A stretch of DNA of 64,000 bases from the human T2T-CHM13v2.0 reference genome, Homo sapiens. A model generated the notes under the pieces. That model had not been told where the DNA came from. It saw nothing but the letters and a program-made list of their open reading frames with translations, and searched no databases. The translations under genes and the position numbers were made by a program. Positions 59,525-64,000 of this stretch are shown here, in pieces (within the stretch, counting starts at the first letter, position 1; each line of letters opens with the position of its first letter). The stretch is taken from NCBI RefSeq assembly GCF_009914755.1, contig NC_060935.1; one strand, given 5' to 3'.

Positions 59525-60534
59525 GGAAATAAGCATACATTGATTGATTCAGGGAAGAAAAAAATTACTTAATTCAGAAATGTCTCATGAGTAAGATTAT
59601 AAACATAGTTTATATCATATTTAGAAATTCTGGTTATCCTACCTACTTCAAAAAAAAAGACTTGAAGTGATTTATATTAAAAGACTACAGGAAATCAGAC
59701 AAAATAGCAAAAGGAAATTTTCAACCACAAAAACCAAAGGAGAAAGAAACATAAAAATGTAGGCTGATAGTTTATAAAGAGCCATAAAGGGCACATGCAC
59801 TTAAATCGACTCTGTTCTACTTATACTGAGAATCTTGAAAGCACTTAACTTTAAGTCACACGGCTCTTACAGACCAAATAATTGTATTAAGTGAAAGTCT
59901 TTCCACACTGTGAACACTACACAGCGTGAAGCTGAAAGACTCCTCTGCGGGTTCGTTAGCATAGTTGGATACGCAGTTCTCCCCACCTGAAATTTTTTAA
60001 GAGCAAAAGAAAGGACCAGCCAAAAGAGAAACGCTCCCAGGTAAACTCCATCCTTGACAAGAAGGCTTTTCAGCCCGTGAATATCATCTTTCCTGCAATA
60101 TCCACATATGGAAGTAGACCAACTAGAATCTCAACCATAAGTTGGAGAAGTACATTCTACCTCTGCAGATAACAAGAAAATAATTCATCATTATACACAC
60201 TATGCTTCTAAAATGTTTTTTAAACAATTTGCATTTAATAACGTAGTTATAAGTTTTAAATTATTTTTTCTATCTTAGTAAAATGTAAAATGTCTGTTTT
60301 TGTGGACTCTGATAACAAATACTTTCTGTATTGAAGATTAGTGCCTATGGTATTGGGAGTAGAGTGAAGAATACATTTATATATTTGTTTATTCATTCAT
60401 TAGAGAGTCATCGAGGGAGTGCTTACTCTCCTGAAAGGTAATGTACAAGCTTTTCTCAATAATAAATCAGGCAGAGAGTGAGGTATTAAGTAGATAACAT
60501 CAGACTTGGCCCAGCAGTCTTGGAGTCTATAGTA

Positions 60535-60750
60535 CAGTGAGAGTTAGAAAACATTTCCTATACAGAGCACATATTAAATATTTCAGGCTTTGTGAATGAA
60601 GAAGAAAATTTGAGGTTATAATGTAGGTACTTAGCCAGAGAGAAAACAAATTTCTATTAATTTTGTCTGGAGCCATACCAAAAAGCAAACAAACCAACCA
60701 GGGTTATGGGGATAGATTTAGTCTACAGCTATTGTGTGATGACACCTCGT
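60535..60750. mobile_element. MER58-like hAT-Charlie fragment
   Basis: taaatatttcaggctttgtg...gaggttataatgtaggtactta. Confidence 0.55.
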
Positions 60751-61076
60751 ATAAGTGTGTAGTCATCCTTCACCAGTAATTCTGGACTTTGTGTGAATTA
60801 GCAGAAGCTGGGCCATAATTTAATTTTATCAAGATGTTTTCACCCACCCATTTATTCATTCACTCATTCATTCATCAAATATTTTGTAACCTTTCACATT
60901 GTGCCAGAATATATAAAGCTTAACTTTTAGTGCATCCTAACACTCTATTTTATTTTCATAATTACCCATTTAATAAGTATAATATGAAAAAAAATTACAC
61001 ACACATTGTCCCAAGTACACCATGCACTGTAACACCGAGAAAGTATGAGCTTCAATTTAAAGATGAGGAAACTTAG

Positions 61077-61444
<368 letters not shown>

Positions 61445-62189
61445 AGTTAAAAATATGTTTTAAGCACAGCCTTGGGTGGTCTTTCTTGGTCTCTTCAGCA
61501 GACAAGAGGAATGCAATGGGAGGACCACAACTTTTATTCAAACATCCAGTTAGTCATTAATCCATTTATTCATCCATTTCTTCATTCGTATTTATTGAGA
61601 CTCTACTATATATTTAGCACTGAGTATAAGATATATACCTAGCCACAGAAAACAGAGTATTTAGTGACTTAGCAATTGATGCCTATCTCTCCTGAAAGGT
61701 AATGTATAAGCTTTTCTCAAGAAAAGGCTTGAGAAAAAGAATAACTTGAGTACTTGGGATTTGGCTGGTCATCGCTTTCTCCCTGGACCTGCTTATATAC
61801 GCAGGTGAGAAGGTCACATCACCACACCCACACACACCCAACCCCTCCCTTGTACATAAAATATCTGAAAAACAGTCATGATGCAGTGCCATCAGCACCA
61901 ATATCTATCTTTAGTTTCAATGTCCTGCTACACAGAATGATTTTAAATTACCCATTCACATTCAATTTCAAGTCAAGCAATTCCCTGAAATAAATCTGTA
62001 ACAGCTCTGGTCCCACTCAGCTCCTGTGGGCTCTTGCTGTAGGCTTAGCACATTGGAAAATATTTCTCGCACAGATTGGAGAAAAACAACTTGGAAATGT
62101 TCTCTTTTCTAAAATGCATGAGATAATCAGCATAAAAGCTGATTGGTAATAAAAATCATCCTTTATTTGTAGTTGTCTAGATGCCATAT

Positions 62190-62390
62190 CACATCTTAAT
62201 ACTTTATATGCATTACCACACATAAATCCTCACAGCCTCTTTATGATGAAGTTAGGCTATTATTTTCATATTACAGATGAAAAAATGGAATCTTTCAAGC
62301 TTAAGTTGCTTCCTTTATAGTGGATAGTGGAGGAAAGATTCAAACAAGCATTCTAAATCTAGGAGCCTGAATTTTAGTACTTCACTATAG
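62190..62390 (-). mobile_element. MIR
   Basis: aatcctcacagcctct...tattattttcatattacagatgaaaaaa...gattcaaac. Confidence 0.65.
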
Positions 62391-63663
62391 AGCTGTTTGC
62401 TTAGTTGCTGCTCTAGGAAATATTCTTGCCCCTGAAGGAAATAGAAAAAGAAAAGTGTGGCAACAGCTTAAGTAAACTAATCATGCAGAAAGAAAAATGC
62501 CAAGCTTCTAATGTTGATCACCTGGGACAGATGGGTAATGATAATTGCCATCTTTACATATCTTTGTATTGTACTGGTTTTCCTGTTATAACAGGATGTA
62601 TTAACTTTGTAATTTAAAAAACAGAAAAACTGAGAACAGAGATTTTTTTTAAAAAAAGGACAAAGAGAGGGAAAGAGAAGAAATGAACAAAGAAATGAAG
62701 GAAAGAAGACTAATAATAGGATTAAGCATGTTAGAAATTTCAATATTGATAATGACGTATAGTTGGGAAAAAATTATAGAAAACAGCTATAGATTGAATT
62801 GAATAAAGGAATGAATAAATGACTTTCAGGCTTATGGATTAATTTTTTCTTGATAAAAGACAAAATATCAAGATTTTGGAATTTACCTAATTACATTTGT
62901 GGAAAGAATCAAACTGGTTTGGAGAGTTCTTATTTCCATCCCCTAGCCTATAATCCCCTTAGGTCATTACTCTCACTGTATGTTCCCTAGAAATATCCAA
63001 GAGCCTCGTCACAAGATTGGACCATCCAGCTAAAGCTACAGGTGAAGCACTTCACTCTGCCACACTGTTTATCTTCCCTCTATCCCAAGAGACACACATG
63101 ATAGGAGGAACCCTTGACAGTTACCAACAAAATTCAACCTCTTATCTTCACTGAAGCTTCTTTCTTTCTTATTCCAGGAAAGGCATATGACTGCCTCATT
63201 CTTAAAGATGTCCACTGATGAGAAATAATAACTTTTTTTATTCTTATATCCTAGGTCCCATCTATGTTCACAGTCTGAAATGTATTAATTACTTCTAACC
63301 TCAAGAATTATGATAGCCATTTAAATTCATTATTATGATAAAAGCACATAGTGGACAAATGATTACTACCCTCTGCACAATTAGTTTATATTCATATTCA
63401 TTTATATTCATTAAGCCATAAGCAGGTATTGGTTAAGTGTGAAACCACATGACAAATAGTATGCCTGTGTGGTATTATACTAATTTGGGAAGTAAATTCT
63501 AATTACTTACATCCAGTATGAGAAACTAAATTTCCAACTATTGCTTTGCTATTTCAAGCTCATTCAAACCTCCATCAGAAACTTCATACTTGGCTCCTAC
63601 TGATAGTCCCCTGGGTTTGTCATTTCATAGGATCTACCTATATAGTTACTAATGCATTCAGAG

Positions 63664-63843
63664 CAGCAGTTTTCAACCCTAGTGTACATTAGAATTACAA
63701 GGGGATCTTTTAAAAAATTGCTGTTTTGGCCTTACCCCAGATAAACTCAATCAAAACCGCTGAGGTATGCATGGGGCTTGAATGTCACTGTTTTTTTGAA
63801 CATCACAAGGTGCTTCTAATATAGAATCAGAACTGGGAAAGGA
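63664..63843. mobile_element. MER5B-like hAT MITE
   Basis: cagcagttttcaaccctagtgtacattagaattac...ccccaga...aggtgcttctaat. Confidence 0.7.
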
Positions 63844-64000
63844 TGAGTTAGACATTTAAGTGGGAAGCAAAGTCTAAGGATAGAATCTTTAGGGGGAAAT
63901 GATCTGGGTAGGAGCTTTTCTTATCTATACCCTTGGATTATAAGGCAAAGAAAAACATTCCTTATTCCTCATTATTCTAAACGGAGATTTGGAGCTTGTT

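Overview
AT-rich, repeat-dense primate genomic DNA (Alu S/Y, L1PA and THE1 content; probably human or ape, locus not identifiable by eye). I found no intact protein-coding gene, RNA gene or CRISPR array. The only gene-derived sequence I recognise is a decayed processed pseudogene of ZCCHC9 (- strand, about 53750-55177). The rest is a nested record of mobile elements: a 5'-truncated L1PA5-like LINE (9216-14690) carrying an inverted L1 3' end inside its endonuclease domain, a near full-length Tigger1 with two Alus inside, a two-LTR MST (MaLR) provirus interrupted by an LTR9-family LTR, several solo LTRs with clean target-site duplications (TSDs), about 10 Alus, and older L1M/L2/MIR/MER pieces. 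Three structures are not explained by ordinary repeat annotation. (1) The nested inverted L1 shares a cluster of apparently non-consensus variants with the 3' end of its own host L1. (2) The L1/poly(T)/ZCCHC9-3'-end junction has a diverged second copy about 2.2 kb downstream. (3) A 34-bp unique-sequence direct repeat lies 1.26 kb apart and ends in fold-back hairpins. I did not find evidence for a new gene system. Subfamily names and consensus comparisons are from memory and need RepeatMasker/Dfam confirmation; boundaries of old elements are approximate.
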